A stretch of DNA of 64,000 nucleotides from the human T2T-CHM13v2.0 reference genome, Homo sapiens: NCBI RefSeq assembly GCF_009914755.1, contig NC_060933.1; one strand, written 5' to 3'. Within the stretch, counting starts at the first letter, position 1. The number at the start of each line of letters is the position of its first letter. The notes below the pieces were generated by a model that worked only from the letters and a program-made list of their open reading frames with translations, made no database searches and was not told the DNA's origin. Of this stretch, positions 1 to 14,122 are shown piece after piece. A program made the position numbers and the translations under genes.

Positions 1-3000
1 GCCAAATACTGTTACATAGTCTAATATTAATAAAGGTCTGCGGTAAGAAGTCCTGTGTAACTTTGGGTTTTCCATGTGCAGGTCTATATCATTTGGGAGG
101 CAGCTGGGCAAGGTCAAGGATGCAGCCTCTAGAATCACACATGCCTATGACAGGTCCTGCTGTATCACAAATTAACCCTTTCACTACGTACAAGCTGTGC
201 AAATGGAGAGATAATAGCAATACCTACTGCACAGGATTATTGTAAGCATCAGTTGGAATAATTTCTATACCAGATAAAGTACAATGCTAATCACTTAAGA
301 TTTCAATATTAGCAATTAACTTATCACTGTTGTGATGATTATTGCTTCTTTGACTATGAGAGTCATCATGGAAAAATAAATGGGTGTTCTTTTTTTCCAG
401 AAAACATCTTTTAATATTACATTGAACTAGAGTTCTCTGTAACATACATTAAGAAATGCTGATTTCGACTACTTTATGCCACACTAATAGAAATCTAGCT
501 CTTTTACTGCATGATATCAAGATTATACCTGGAATCAAAAGCTGAAGGCTTCTTTCAAGTTCAAACACAAGCCCCTGGAGTGGGGCAAGGGTGGGCTTCT
601 CTCTAAACTCCACTTGTCTGTAAGCTCCTTGAGGGCAGGAATCCTGTTCATCACAAGATAAACTCCCCATGTACAATATCTGGCATATCGAGATGCCTAA
701 TCTATACTCTTGAATGACTGCTGTATAAAGACCACATCTCATTCATCTTAGTAGAACCATTCATCCATCCCCAGCACCATCCATTTAGCCAAGTAGCTTT
801 ACCACAAAACCTATTATTTTTGTGAAACACACGAAGAAATTATCAGGACAACAGAGGAGGGCTGAGATCTATACAACTCTGAAATAAATATGCAATACAG
901 CCAGGCAATTAGACTTGGCTTACCAAGATTTGATTTACACTCAACTTTCAGGTATATATTTACAGCTCAAAGGGAGATGCAACGTAAGCCACAAACCACT
1001 TGTTCTGCAACCAGCAGGGAAAACCACTCAATATGGAACCACCTCTTGTGACACAGTGACCACCATTCCCAGAATCTCCCCTTTGCCCTGACTCTTCAGA
1101 TCCAAAGAGTACCATAATTATTCTATTAAAACCATCTTTGAAATAATTGCTAAATTTACAGCAGCTACTGATGATCTCACAGTTAGGAAAAAAAAAACAG
1201 AAAATAAAACACAAAAAGGTATTGGAAACACAGGAAAAATCTTTGGACTAACTGACTTTGAAATTACCATGAGAATAAAAGAATAATTCCTAGTAAACAA
1301 CCAACATCTGAAGTGGAAGAGGGAACCATCATTCCGACATGCCTTTGTGAAGCTCCTGGAAAATTCTAAACTCTATATATTTGAAATCTAAGTTATTGCT
1401 CATCCCACTTGCATAAGGCATTTAATATCATCTCAGTTTCACAGAGGGGAAAACTGAGTCTCAGAGCGGTTGAAACTTGCCCATGGTCAAAGGAAGCCTG
1501 TTAGCATTTGGTAATAAATCAGGTAACTAAGAACCAGGGAGAGTTGTGACAGCATAGAGTTAAGGGCCCATGTTCGGAAGTCCCACAGACCAGCTTTTGA
1601 ATCCCAGCTGTGCCACTTTCCAGTTGTGTAATATGAACAATGGGCTCTTAGTGCCTTTCTCATTTGTGATATGGGACAATAATAGTATTTCCCTTCAGAG
1701 TGTGGCTATGAGGAGTTAATGACTAATATATGTATAGTCTTAACAGAAAGTGAAAATAAGTTACTTTGTTAGAATGATGATTTAAAACTCTAATGAAAAA
1801 AATTCAAGCATAAGATAACTTACATTTTACAAGGCACTTTCACACAAACTGTATCTCATTGACCTAGTAGGTAGGGCAGACATCATTATCCCTTTCTACA
1901 GAGGGGGAAATTGAATATCTGAGCGGTCATTTCTATCCATGAAAAGATAATTGTTTCATTATTCACTTTTTATGCCCTCTGTCCTTCACTCCTAACTCTG
2001 AGCTGGGTGGAGGAGGGGGCGTGGGTTATGTGGGGATAGGAGGATATATGTTTGTAATCTATTGGGTTTTTTTGGTCATCTCTATGTTAGCGAACAGTAG
2101 TACAATTTATGGATAATGATTGGTGTTAAATTCTAAAACAATAAATGTATGAGTGAGTGAGTGCTGCATACATGAATTTTCCCAGGATGAGAAAGCTGGA
2201 AAGAGGCTCCAGAATGAACAAAACCTAAATCTCTAGACTCCAGACCCAAAATCCTTTCCACTACCACATGCTGTGTTTCCAAATGACACTATTTCACAGA
2301 ATCATGGAATTTCAGAGATAAGAAGGACCTTGGAGATGACTTCAGCTAGCACTCCTATTTTACAGATGAAGAACCAAAGGTTCAAAGAAGTTCTGTTAGT
2401 TGACCAAAATCACACAATCAGGAGACAGGGGAGCTGGGTCAGCACCCGAGTTCCCTGACTCCGAGGTCAAAAGTTCTCCCACTGCACCCTGGCAGATTCA
2501 AGAGCAGAAAACTCCCCCAAGCCTTCAGGTGGCAACTCAAGTTTGTGAGTGACAGAGCATTTACGTCATGCCCTCAAAAGACTGCATGTGCACACACTGT
2601 TGCTTGGCTTGTAAAGCAACATGAGAAGAGGCTTCTGCTGGGTTTTAATTAAAAAGGTTCTCATTGTTGTCACTAGCAATGACTTGACCATGACTCTATG
2701 AGCAGAAGCCAGCCTCTGTGTACAAATGCAGGAGAAAGAAGATGGCCTTAACCTAGTTAAATAAGGAGAGAAAGCTTCTTCCCAGTTTCTTTCTGAAGCT
2801 TCCCAATCACCCTGGGTTCCAGCCAGGATTCTGGGGAGGAGGGAACTGGTGGAAGCTTGAGGTCTGGGCAGATCAGTAAAGCTGGCCCTCTAGCATCAAA
2901 AAATGTGCACTAGGATAGTCAGGCCTTTCTTTTTTTATGATGAAAATGTCAAGTTTGTAACGTGCCGTGTCCATGCTAGCATACAGGAAGACAGGCACAA

Positions 3001-5350
3001 TGGAAACTGCCTATGGACATGCTTTGCTGAAACGTCAATGTTTCAACAAAGTGGCATACAGGAAGGAAAAAGTATCAATTCACAATTGCCCCAGTGAGCA
3101 TGTCCTAGTTGGCTGTTGCTCTGATGAGCATCTGGATGAGCCCATGTCTCTGGGTGCATATTTGCATATGGGTTCATATGCACATTATGACAAGAGTTCC
3201 GCCTAATCCTTGTACATTGTTGGTGCCAAATCAATGTTTGTGGTATTTATGATTTCCCAGTTATACACATCCTGCACATTTCTCTTTATAGCACTTGTTA
3301 TACCTTGAAATGTGCATGTGTTTAATTACTGTCAGTCTCTCCTATGACAGCAACTACTATATTTATTTTACTCTTCATTGTATCATCTGCCCTAAACATA
3401 GTGTTGAGTCTGTAGCTGGTGCTTAATAATTATTTGAGGATTAAATAAAAGAAGGAAGGAATAACTAGATGACCAGGGGCCTAACTTCTGGGTTGAACTC
3501 TGTCATTTAATTAACAATTTGACTTTGGCTAAATCTTAAATGTAATTTTGGAGCTAGACAGATATCTTAGAAATCAACTTATTGGATGATTGCAAACTTT
3601 GTTTTAGGAGTAGAATCCAAAGTAAATCATACATGAAATCTTAACACAAAAGCAGATACAAGCCTTCTCTAGTATAAGGGAGGTGTAGGGCTCAGAATCC
3701 TGCCTGGTCACCTCTTTGCTACACTCCCCACAATGGTTTCTATGGCTACTTTAATCAATCCTTAGGTTTTTGAATAACATAGGTTGAAAACTGCTGATCT
3801 ACCTCAGCCCTATCATTTGATAAATTAGGACAGTAGAATGCAAAAGATGAAGGAGCTTACCTAATGTCACAAGACCAGTGCGTGAAGAACTGAAATCAGT
3901 ATCTAGAGGTCTTAATCCCCCATCCTCATTGGCAACCTTTTACTTCTCAACATGTCTAAAACAACCCCCCAGACGTTTACAAATGATTGTAACGAAAAAT
4001 GTTTGGAAAAAGTTTCTTAGAGCTTGCAACACTCCACATTTGGAAGCTATACCAGGGGAGGCATCCAACAGAATGCTTGGAAGGAAAGCACTGGGGTCAG
4101 GTAAATCAGTGTGTAGACCCTAGCTCCACTCCTTACTGGATGGATGACTTAAAGTAACACACTCAACCTCCAAATTCCTGATTTTCCCATCTGTAGAAGA
4201 CACTGCCCATCTCATAGAGGAGGTTATGAGGATTGAACATCCTCCCTTCATGGCACATGATAAGTGCTCACTAAAAGGATGCTACTGTTGAATATTCTGA
4301 ATCTGTGGTTCCATTCAGGATATGTCTTATTTCAACAGCAATAACCAACACATATGGATTATCTAACATGGACCAGAGTTCCCTTTATAAAACTGCATTA
4401 CAGACACCACCATGTGATATTATAACTAGTTATCCTCCTAAGACCACACCTAACTACACCTGAGAGAGTTTTTTGCATTCTCTTATTCATTTAAGTCCAC
4501 AACATTCACTGTGTGTTTATGATAACAAGGCAGAGCAAAAATCACTCTGGGGAGGATCTAGAAATGAATTCTGTATAGGTCATTCCCTCAAAGAGTTTCC
4601 AGTTAGGTGAGAAAAATATACAAGAATGCACTCTGATTCCAAATGATTTTAAATTAAAGAGGTGTTAGTGTAGAGAGCTGTGGATCTATCAAAGATATGG
4701 TTGTTAAGTGGAATGTGAAAACTCTAAGATGGTTCCAAAGAGGAAAGAATTTGGGCTAAGTCTTTTTTTGGATGAGTAGAATGTCAACGGTCCAAGAACC
4801 AGTACAGACCTGCTTAACAAAAGGTTTCTTTATTTTTCCAAATGTTTGAATGTATTTGGGTAGGATATTGGGTACATCAGCAGCATTCTCAAAACAACGT
4901 TACTTATACTTGATGTGGCTGACTAAAATTATGATATACCAGATAAACCAGATTCTGAATCCCAGTCCAACCACTTCTAACTATATGACATTAGACAAGT
5001 AACTCAACCTAGCTGAGGCTTGATGACCTAATTTGTAAAGTGGGAAAAACAATCAAAACCTATATCTGATGGCTATTAGAATGTTTAAATGAGATAATAT
5101 ATAATACGTATTAAGCCCCCTGCCCAGCATATAAATAAGTACTCAATAAATATTAATTATTTGATCCTCTCCTTGTCATTGTTAATCTCTTGTGCAAAGA
5201 AAAAAAAATTTAATCAAAAACAGCTTGTGGAAGGAGCACAGACCCTTGACCCAGACACTTCTGCACACAGCAAGGTTTGCACCAATCAACGCCTGACTCC
5301 ACAAAGCATAATATGAATGTAAGGCAAGGGCTATTTAGCCCAGGTCTTAC
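1..5350 (-). other. BRINP1: BRINP1 intron 2 (5' part; continues beyond the window)
   Basis: Begins GTAAGA after exon 2; no ORF continuing BRINP1 is seen in 1-5350. Confidence 0.88.
1400..5160. mobile_element. Cluster of MIR/MIR3/L2 relics (representative of many more across the window, not listed individually)
   Basis: Recurrent AAACTGAG/CTCAGTTT, TTTTACAGATGA and GCTCAATAAAT motifs at ~1400-1930, 2290-2490, 3280-3460, 4060-4290 and 4940-5160. Confidence 0.65.
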
Positions 5351-5568
5351 CTGTATATTTTATATCTGGTTGTAAATCCTTGACGGTGTCTTTCCACAAA
5401 GGATAGGTAGCTCCTGGAGTGGTGGAAAGGCCCCCTGTCTGAAATGAGCCAATCAAATTCCTTGGAGACATGTTGGTCTGTCCCAGCTGGTTCCTGGTGG
5501 GAGGGCTGCACTGAGATACGGCCCCATATAAACAGGAAGTAGAGGAGCTCAACAAACCTCCAGTTCAT
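5351..5568 (-). CDS. BRINP1: BRINP1 first coding exon (exon 2), codons 1-72 plus 2 nt of Arg73; hydrophobic signal-peptide-like N-terminus
   Basis: Translation [73 protein letters not shown] matches the BRINP1/DBC1 N-terminus as I know it. ATG context is AGC-ATG-A. The exon ends at the canonical donor ACAG|GTAAGA (intron starts 5350, phase 2). Confidence 0.97.
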
Positions 5569-5618
5569 GCTTTTCTGCCGGCCTTTTTCCTCTCATTCTT
5601 GCTCCATTCTGTGGAGTC
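5569..5618 (-). other. BRINP1: 5' UTR portion of BRINP1 exon 2
   Basis: Strong acceptor tttcttctatag|GACTCC at 5619/5618, preceded by a ~100-nt pyrimidine tract; 50 nt to the ATG. Confidence 0.93.
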
Positions 5619-6572
5619 CTATAGAAGAAAGAATAAAAAAGAGAGAGAAAAAAAGAGAAACCAAAAGAGAGAGAGGAGAGGGGAAGAGGAGTAAAAGAAA
5701 AAGACACAGGAAAAGAAAAAATGTGATTAACACATCTTCATAATAATACCTTATATCAGTAGAGTGCTTTAAAGTTTATAAAACCCAGTACAGTTCTGGT
5801 TAAAAACATAGAATCTATGGAAATCTGGGCCCATGTTCCCATTTTGCTGTTCACATATTGTCTGAACATGTACAAACTGTTTGGTCTATTATGGATGCAG
5901 TTTTCTTGGAAGCAAAACTGAGGGTGAGCTTACGAGCCTGTATCTTGGCACTTGGCACATCATGGATGCTCAAGGAAGATGTGTTGAAAAAATGAATAAA
6001 TGAATTAATGCAGAAACAGAGTCTCATACACCCAGTAAGAGACATAGGGACACAATTCAAGTGAGTGTACCCTCTTCTGTCTTCACTAACAACCTGCCTC
6101 TCATAAAGAGGTATCAATAAACAAGAGTTCCTTTTCCTTCTCTCAGCAGGCATGTATCCACTGAGCACACATTTTGCTTTTGCATGAACAGATGAATGCA
6201 CAAAGTCTTGTGATGGATTATCATGACTATCTAGGTTGAATACTTTAGAGACGAAGAGTTCATGGAGCTTGCTTACAGTTCACTTCTGCAACGTTCAATG
6301 GAATGTCTCCCAAACCCAAAGAAACATGGCCAGAGAATTTGTCTTTTGGTGACTCAGCCTCAAAGGTTGCCCAGGGTTCAAAAGGAAAACTGAAGGCGGT
6401 CATTTTGTCAGGGGGTCTCGCATGCTTCTTTTATTAGGGGGTCTTATGGCACAGTGGTGCTGCGAGGGTGAAATGCTTAAGCCTAAGGGGTAGCTTTGGT
6501 AGAGAGGTTCCTTGTGGAGAGGATAGACCAGAAATCACAAGGCCATGCCAATTTTGTAAACACAATTTATAC

Positions 6573-6829
6573 TTTTTGTTTAGTTTTGTTTTGTTTGAGA
6601 TGGAGTCTCACTCTCTCACCCAGGCTGGAGGGCAATGACACAATCTCAGCTCACTACAACCTCCGCCTCCAGGGTTCAAGTGATTCTTCTGCCTCAGCCC
6701 CTCAAGTAGCTGGGACTACAGTCACGTGCCACCACACCCAGCTGATTTTTGTATTTTTCATAGAGATTGGATTTCACTATGTTGGCCAGGCTGGTCTCGA
6801 ACTCCTGACCTCATGATCCGCCCTCCTTG
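6573..6829 (-). mobile_element. AluS, 5'-truncated
   Basis: T-rich tail then GAGATGGAGTCTCAC...CTCCTGACCTCATGATCCGCCC; lacks the first ~45 nt. Confidence 0.9.
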
Positions 6830-8198
6830 TCAGTCTACTTACTCGCTTAACTGTATGTGACCCCACCCTACTTATTCTAACAGAGCTTCTCTTACTCCAT
6901 ATTGAAAGGCAGCTTTAAATCCACTTTGTATCTGTTAGAAACAGTAATATTTCAGGTCATGTATTTAACTTTCCTGACATTCAGTTTCCTTATCTGCAAA
7001 ATGTGGTTAATAACAGCACCTACACTCAGAACCAAGATGACAATTAAATGACATAATTGCTCCCTCTTGTGCCTGGCATACAGTAAGTGCTCAATAAATG
7101 GCACGTATCATGATGAGGATAATGATGATGAATGTCGATACTGATGTCAACTTATTCCCTATGACAGTGTTTTTGTTCACCTGATCCCCACTGCCTGGCC
7201 AAACCCTGTTTAAATCCTTCAATAGCCAGCTGAGATCATGTCCTCAGAGGTCATTTTCTTTTTTTATTAATTTAAAAAAGCGTTATTTGTTTACTCCTCT
7301 GAGCTATAGTTGCTCATTTTCTGTAACTGCATTTTAGCCCTTATCACCTTGTATTATGCTTACAGGCATACTTCATTTTATTGTACTTCACTTTATTGAG
7401 ATTTGCAAATATTAAAGTTTTAACAAATCGAAGGCTTGTGGCAGCCCTCAGCCTAGCCAGTCTGTTAACACCAATTTTCCAACAATATGTGCTCACTTCG
7501 TGTCTTGGTGTCACATTTTGATAATTATCAAAATATTTCACACTTTTTTATTATTATTGTATCTGTTATGGTGGTCTGTGGTAAGCAAACTTTGATGTTA
7601 TTATTGTAATTATTTGGGTGCACCATGAACTGGACCCATATAAGATGGCAAACTTTATCGATAAACGTGTGTTTTCTGACTGCTCCACTGACTAGCTATT
7701 CCCTTTCTCTCCCTTTCCTCAGGCCTGCCTACTCCCCGAGAAATAATAACACCGAAATTAAGCCAATTAGTAAACCTACAATGACCTATAATTGTTTAAG
7801 TGAAAGGAGGAGTCCTACATCTCTCACTTTAAATCAAAAGCTAGAAGGCATGGCAAAAGGCAAGATAGGCTGGAAGCTAGGGCTCTTGCACCAGTTAGCC
7901 ACATTGTGAATGTGAAGGAAAAGTCCTTTAAGGAAATTAAATGTGCTGTTCCAGTGAACACATGAATGATAAGAAAGCAAAACAGCCTAGTGTTGAATGA
8001 AGAGAGTTTTAGAGGTCTGGGTAGCAGGTCAAAACAGTCACAACATTCCCTTAAGCCAAAGCCTAATTCAGAGTAAGGTTCTAACTCTCTCCAATTCCAT
8101 GAAGGATGAGAGAGATGAGAATGCTGCAGAAGAAAAGTCTGAAGCCAGCAGAGGTTGCTTCCTGAGGTTTAAAGAAAGAAGCCATCTCTGTAACATGA

Positions 8199-8600
<402 letters not shown>

Positions 8601-9084
8601 AACAACCTATTTTCAATGTATACAAAATAGCTTTATATCTGAAGATGTCGATGATTTTCATAGCTAGAGAGAAGTCAGTGCCTGACTTCAAAGCTTCAAA
8701 GGACAGACTGTCTCTCGTTAGGGGCTAATGCAGCAGGTGACTTTAAGTTGACGCCAAATGCTCACCTACCATTCCAAAAATCCTAGGGCCCTTAAGAGTA
8801 TGCTAAATCTACTCTGCTTGTGATCTAAAGCCTGGATGACAGCACATTTGTTTACAACATAGTTTACTGAATATTTTAAGGCCATTATCCAGAACTACTG
8901 TGCAGAAAAAAAGATTCCTTTCAATATTATTGCTCACTGACAATGCATCTAGTCACATAAGGGCTCTGACAGAGATATACAAGGAGATTAATGGTGTTTT
9001 CATGCCTGCTGAAACAACATCTATTCTGCAGCCCATAGATCAAGGCATGATTTTGACTTTCAAGTCTTATTGAGAAATACATTT

Positions 9085-9347
<263 letters not shown>

Positions 9348-11057
9348 CTATAGCTGCCATAAAAAGGGATTCCTCTGATGGATCTGGGCATTGCACATTG
9401 GAAAACTTCTGGAAAAGAGTCACCATTCTAGATGCCATTAAGAACATTTGTGATTCATGGGAAGAAGTCAAAATATCAACGGTAACAGGAGTTTGGAAGA
9501 AGTTGATTTCAAACCTCATGAATGATCATGAGGGGTTCAAGACTTCAGTGGAGTAAATCACTGTAGATGTGACAGAAATAGCAAGATAACTAGAATTAGA
9601 AGTAGAGCCTGAGGATATGACTGAATTGCTGCAATTTCATGATAAAACTTGAACGGATGACGAGTTGCTCCTTATGGATGAGCAAAGAAAGCAGTTTCTC
9701 AAGATGGAGTCTACTCTTGATGAAGATGCTATGAACACTGTTGAAACGACAACAAAGGATTTAGAATACTACGTAAACTTAGTTGATAAAACAGTGGCAA
9801 GATTTGAGAGTACTGACTCTGGTTGTGAAAACAGTTCTACCTTACGTAAAATACTATCAAACGGCATCACATTCTACAAAATTATTTCATGAAAGAAAGA
9901 GTCAATTGATGTGGCAAACCTCATTGTTGTCTAACTTAAGAAATTGCCACTGCCACCCAGTCTTCAGCAACCTGACCACCCTGATCAGTCAGAAGCCAAC
10001 AACATTGAGGCAAGACCTTCCACCAGCAAAAAGATTTTAACTCACTGAAACTTCAGATGATCATTAGCCTTTTTTTAGTAATAAAGTGTTTTTAATAAAG
10101 GCATATACATTGTTTTCTGAGACACACTGCTATCCTACACTTAATAGGCTACAGGATACTGTAAACATAAGTTTAATATGCAGTGGGAGGCCAAAAAATT
10201 GGGGTGATTCAATTTATTGCAATATTTGCTTTATTGTGGTCATCTGGAACGCAACCTACAAATCTCTGAGATATGCCTGTATTTGTTTCTATGTCTGTCT
10301 TGTTCATTGGGCTGTAAGCCTTTAACTGGAAATGATCTTTAGAAAACTAGCTACTCTCGCTCAGCTGCATGACTGTGGACAGTCATGTCCCCTCTCAAGA
10401 CCTCAGATTTTTATGTCTTCCATGTGAAAATGTGGTGAGGACACAAACAATTTGTCAACTGTAAACCCATCTATATACATGATTAAATATGACACCTCAT
10501 TTGTCTACTTTTCCAGCTGAATATGAAAGATAAAGCAAAGCTGAGAAAGAGAAAAAAATTTAAAAGAGAAATGTGATTTATTGCCCAGTTGGTTATTTCT
10601 CTCTGTTGCCCATTGCACTGTTTTATCATGAGTCGCTACAAAAATCTGCTTGTCACTGCAAGTCTCAGTTGTCAGGGGCAAAGGAGAAAGGTACATGAGC
10701 AGAGGAGTGAGCTGGCAAAAGCTGTGGCCTGAGGTCTTGTTCAGAGCCTAAAACAAATCCGTACATGTTGAGTGCAGAACAGTAACAACTACGGCTGCCA
10801 AACTGTCTGCCAGAGCCCCCAAGTGGCAAGCAGGGGATGAAGGCGATTGTTGGGAGATCCTGGTAGTGATACAACACACTGAAGTCACAGTGTGTCACCC
10901 ACACAGCCCTTCTACATGGCTTCTATTGTAAACTGGTGCAGGGTGGGAGCCTGTGAGAGAATACTTAGCTGTTAGACTGTTTGCAAAGAAACAAGGCTCA
11001 GAACATTGCAGCTCTCAAAAGTGGAACAAGGTCATACATGGAAGAGAAATGTGTGGG

Positions 11058-11060
<3 letters not shown>

Positions 11061-11100
<40 letters not shown>
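11061..11100. repeat. (TG)20 microsatellite
   Basis: Direct read. Confidence 0.98.
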
Positions 11101-11103
<3 letters not shown>

Positions 11104-11159
11104 GAGAGTGAGACCTCAGCCTACAGTCCCAGAATTAGCTGAAATTTGGAAGATTTAAC

Positions 11160-11350
11160 TCGTACTTCCCAAGTGTGGACCTTTTGCTCCCCAGGGAACA
11201 TCTTTGATCCTCACAACTGAGGGGATGCTGCTGGCATCTGATGGGTGGAGGCCAGGGGTGCTGCTAAACATCTTACACTGCACAAGACAGCCCCCACAAC
11301 AAAGAATACGGGACCCCACATGTCAATGATGCAAATGTTGAGAAACCCTG
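11160..11350 (+). mobile_element. MER20 (hAT-Charlie)
   Basis: GGCATCTG..GGGTGGAGGCCAGGG.TGCTGCTAAACATC...GTTGAGAAACCCTG. Confidence 0.8.
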
Positions 11351-12559
11351 CTCTAATCCAACTCCTTTTTACAGATCATAACCTGAGTGGCAAATTGGGC
11401 TAGACTCCTATCTTCTAGCTCTCGGTTAAGAGTTCTTCTCATTCTGCCACATTGTCTTGGCCAGGCACTTGGCATGTATGGCTATGTTTCAACCTGCTTT
11501 GTTCTTAGGGCCTGTAATACCATCTACATTTCCTCAAGTAGAGATGAATGTTTCATGGAAGAAGTCAGAATATATCTCTGTTGATTTAGAACATCACAGT
11601 AATCCGCAGAGCACCAGAAATGAAAATGAAAGTTTCTATAGAGTCCTTGACTTTATTAATGGAAATGGATATTTTGTTGGGCTGGAACAAGGATGAGTAC
11701 ATATGTTACCCATATATGTTATGATGGCAGGGAGTGACTCCCATTATGTAAATAAGACCATATTAGCACCAACTGTGCTGGAGACTCCAGATAATATGAG
11801 AGTCACATTATCGGTATTTATTGAGCATCTACTATATGCTGGCTTTAAAATGGTTTATTTTCTTGGTAGTTGCCAAAGCATACAGTCCAGAGCAGTTATT
11901 AATAAAGATGTATTCCACAAAATGGGCACAGTTACCCAATTTAACAAATGAGCACCTTAGGACTTGGAGACATTGAATAACTTTCTTAAGCTCACAATTC
12001 CCAAGTGTCAGACTTGGGATTCTAACCTGTGAATATCCCATTACACAGTCTGTACAATTTCCAGCATTCCCCAGCCTCATCTCATTCCAGCTGAAATTAG
12101 ATCCTGCTCTCCAGAGATTCAAAATATAATGGGGGAGTCACACCCAAGTGTGAACAATTCTAATATGAAATATGCTGCCATAAATACTATAATAAAGAAA
12201 TGAAGTCCAACGGAGGAATGGATGCCAGAGAGACTGTTTTCAGCAAAGGCACTGAGAGAACCCCATAGAAGAGGGAGGTAGTACTTGAGAAGGGTTTCAA
12301 ATAGCATGTACAGTTTTATTGAGCACAGATGGGGAAAAGGAAATTTCAGCAGAACAGACAGCCTACAAAAGCCTTGGGTGGGTGGGAGAAGGTAGGAGAG
12401 TGATGGGGTGTGTGCTGGGGATAGCACACCAGGTGGCAGAGTACTTAGGGAGAACCAGGGCCCTGAGGCAGCTGATCGCCCATCTCTCACTCTATCTCCC
12501 TCTCATCAAATGAACTGTGGATTTCATTTCTGTACTACCTGCTAAAGTCAAAAAGCATT

Positions 12560-12940
12560 GTGGATGGTCAATAAATTTATCTATTCATTCATTACCATAC
12601 TGAACAACTATTATGTGTCAGGTACTCTTCTAGAAGATAGAAATTCAATAGTGGACAGAACAGCCAGGGCCCTCAAAGAGCTTATTTTTGGTTAGTAGGG
12701 AGAGGGGAGGAAACAAATGGGCACTGACTCTACGTGTGGTGAGTGCGAAGTGCTCCGAACAAAATCAAAGCAGGTCAGAGGGCTGAGAGTGGAGGTGCTG
12801 CTTTCTATGCGAGGGTGCTCAGGAAAAGCATCTCTGATAAAGGGGCTTCCAGGCAGAGACCTAAAGAAAGTAAAGAGATGAATGGTGCAGATGCCTCAGG
12901 GAAAAGCAATGTCAGTGGAAGAAAGGAAAAGAGACAGGGA
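12560..12940 (-). mobile_element. L2 3' fragment
   Basis: TTCATTCATT...CTATTATGTGTCAGGTACT followed by purine-rich L2 body. Confidence 0.65.
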
Positions 12941-13107
12941 CAGGGTGGGTTCAATGCTCGGCTATAATCAGAAGTCAGGTTGCATTTCCATCTCCCACAG
13001 GGAGCTTATACTTTAGTTGCTGTGAAAGTCATTTTGAGGAAGAAATCACACATTAAGTGGACACTTACTATGTGCCAGAAACTGCACTTATTGCTTTACA
13101 CATGTGA

Positions 13108-13445
<338 letters not shown>

Positions 13446-13599
13446 ATTGGTCCCCATTTTATACATGGTGAGGAGGGGAAACTGAGGTTCAGAAAGGCGA
13501 AGTAACTGGCCTCATACCACAAAGCTGGCAAACAGCAGATTTAGAACTGGAGACTGTGCTGCCCAGTTTGGAAGCCCCTGGTCACATGTGTCTATCAAG

Positions 13600-14122
13600 A
13601 GCTTTCGATGTGGCTAGTCCAAATGGAGGTGTGCTATTCATAAAAATACACACCAGCATTTCAAAGACTTAGCAAGAATAATGGAATTTATTTATTTTTT
13701 TTATTTATTTATTTTTTAGTTTTTTGAGACAGGGTCTCACTCTATTTCCCAGGCTGGAGTGCCGTGGCACAAATCCAGCTCACCGCATCAGCGATCCTCC
13801 TGCATCAGCCTCCCCACTAGCTGGGACTACAAGCACGTGCCACCATGCCTGGCTAACTTTATTATTTTTTGTAGAGACTAATTTTATTATTTTGGGGAGG
13901 CTCAAGCCATCCTCCCCCCTTGGCCTCCCAAAGTGCTGGGATTAAAGGTGTGAGTCACCATGCCTGGCCAATAGAATTTTAAATAGCTTACTAATGTTTT
14001 ATATTGATTACATGTTGGAATATTATGATCTGGGAAATACTGGATGAAATAAAAAATTAAGGTGGCTGCTAGAAACTTTAAAATTACACATGTGGCTGGT
14101 ATTCTACTTCTATTGGGCAGCG
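13600..14122. mobile_element. MER33 split by an AluJ
   Basis: GTGGCTAGTCCAAAT...TACACACC..ATTTCAAAGACTTAG on the left; AAAATTACACATGTGGCT...CTATTGG.CAGC on the right. Confidence 0.7.
13690..13969 (-). mobile_element. AluJ, degenerate
   Basis: GAGACAGGGTCTCACT..., GCGATCCTCC, GGCTCAAGCCATCCTCC. Confidence 0.85.
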
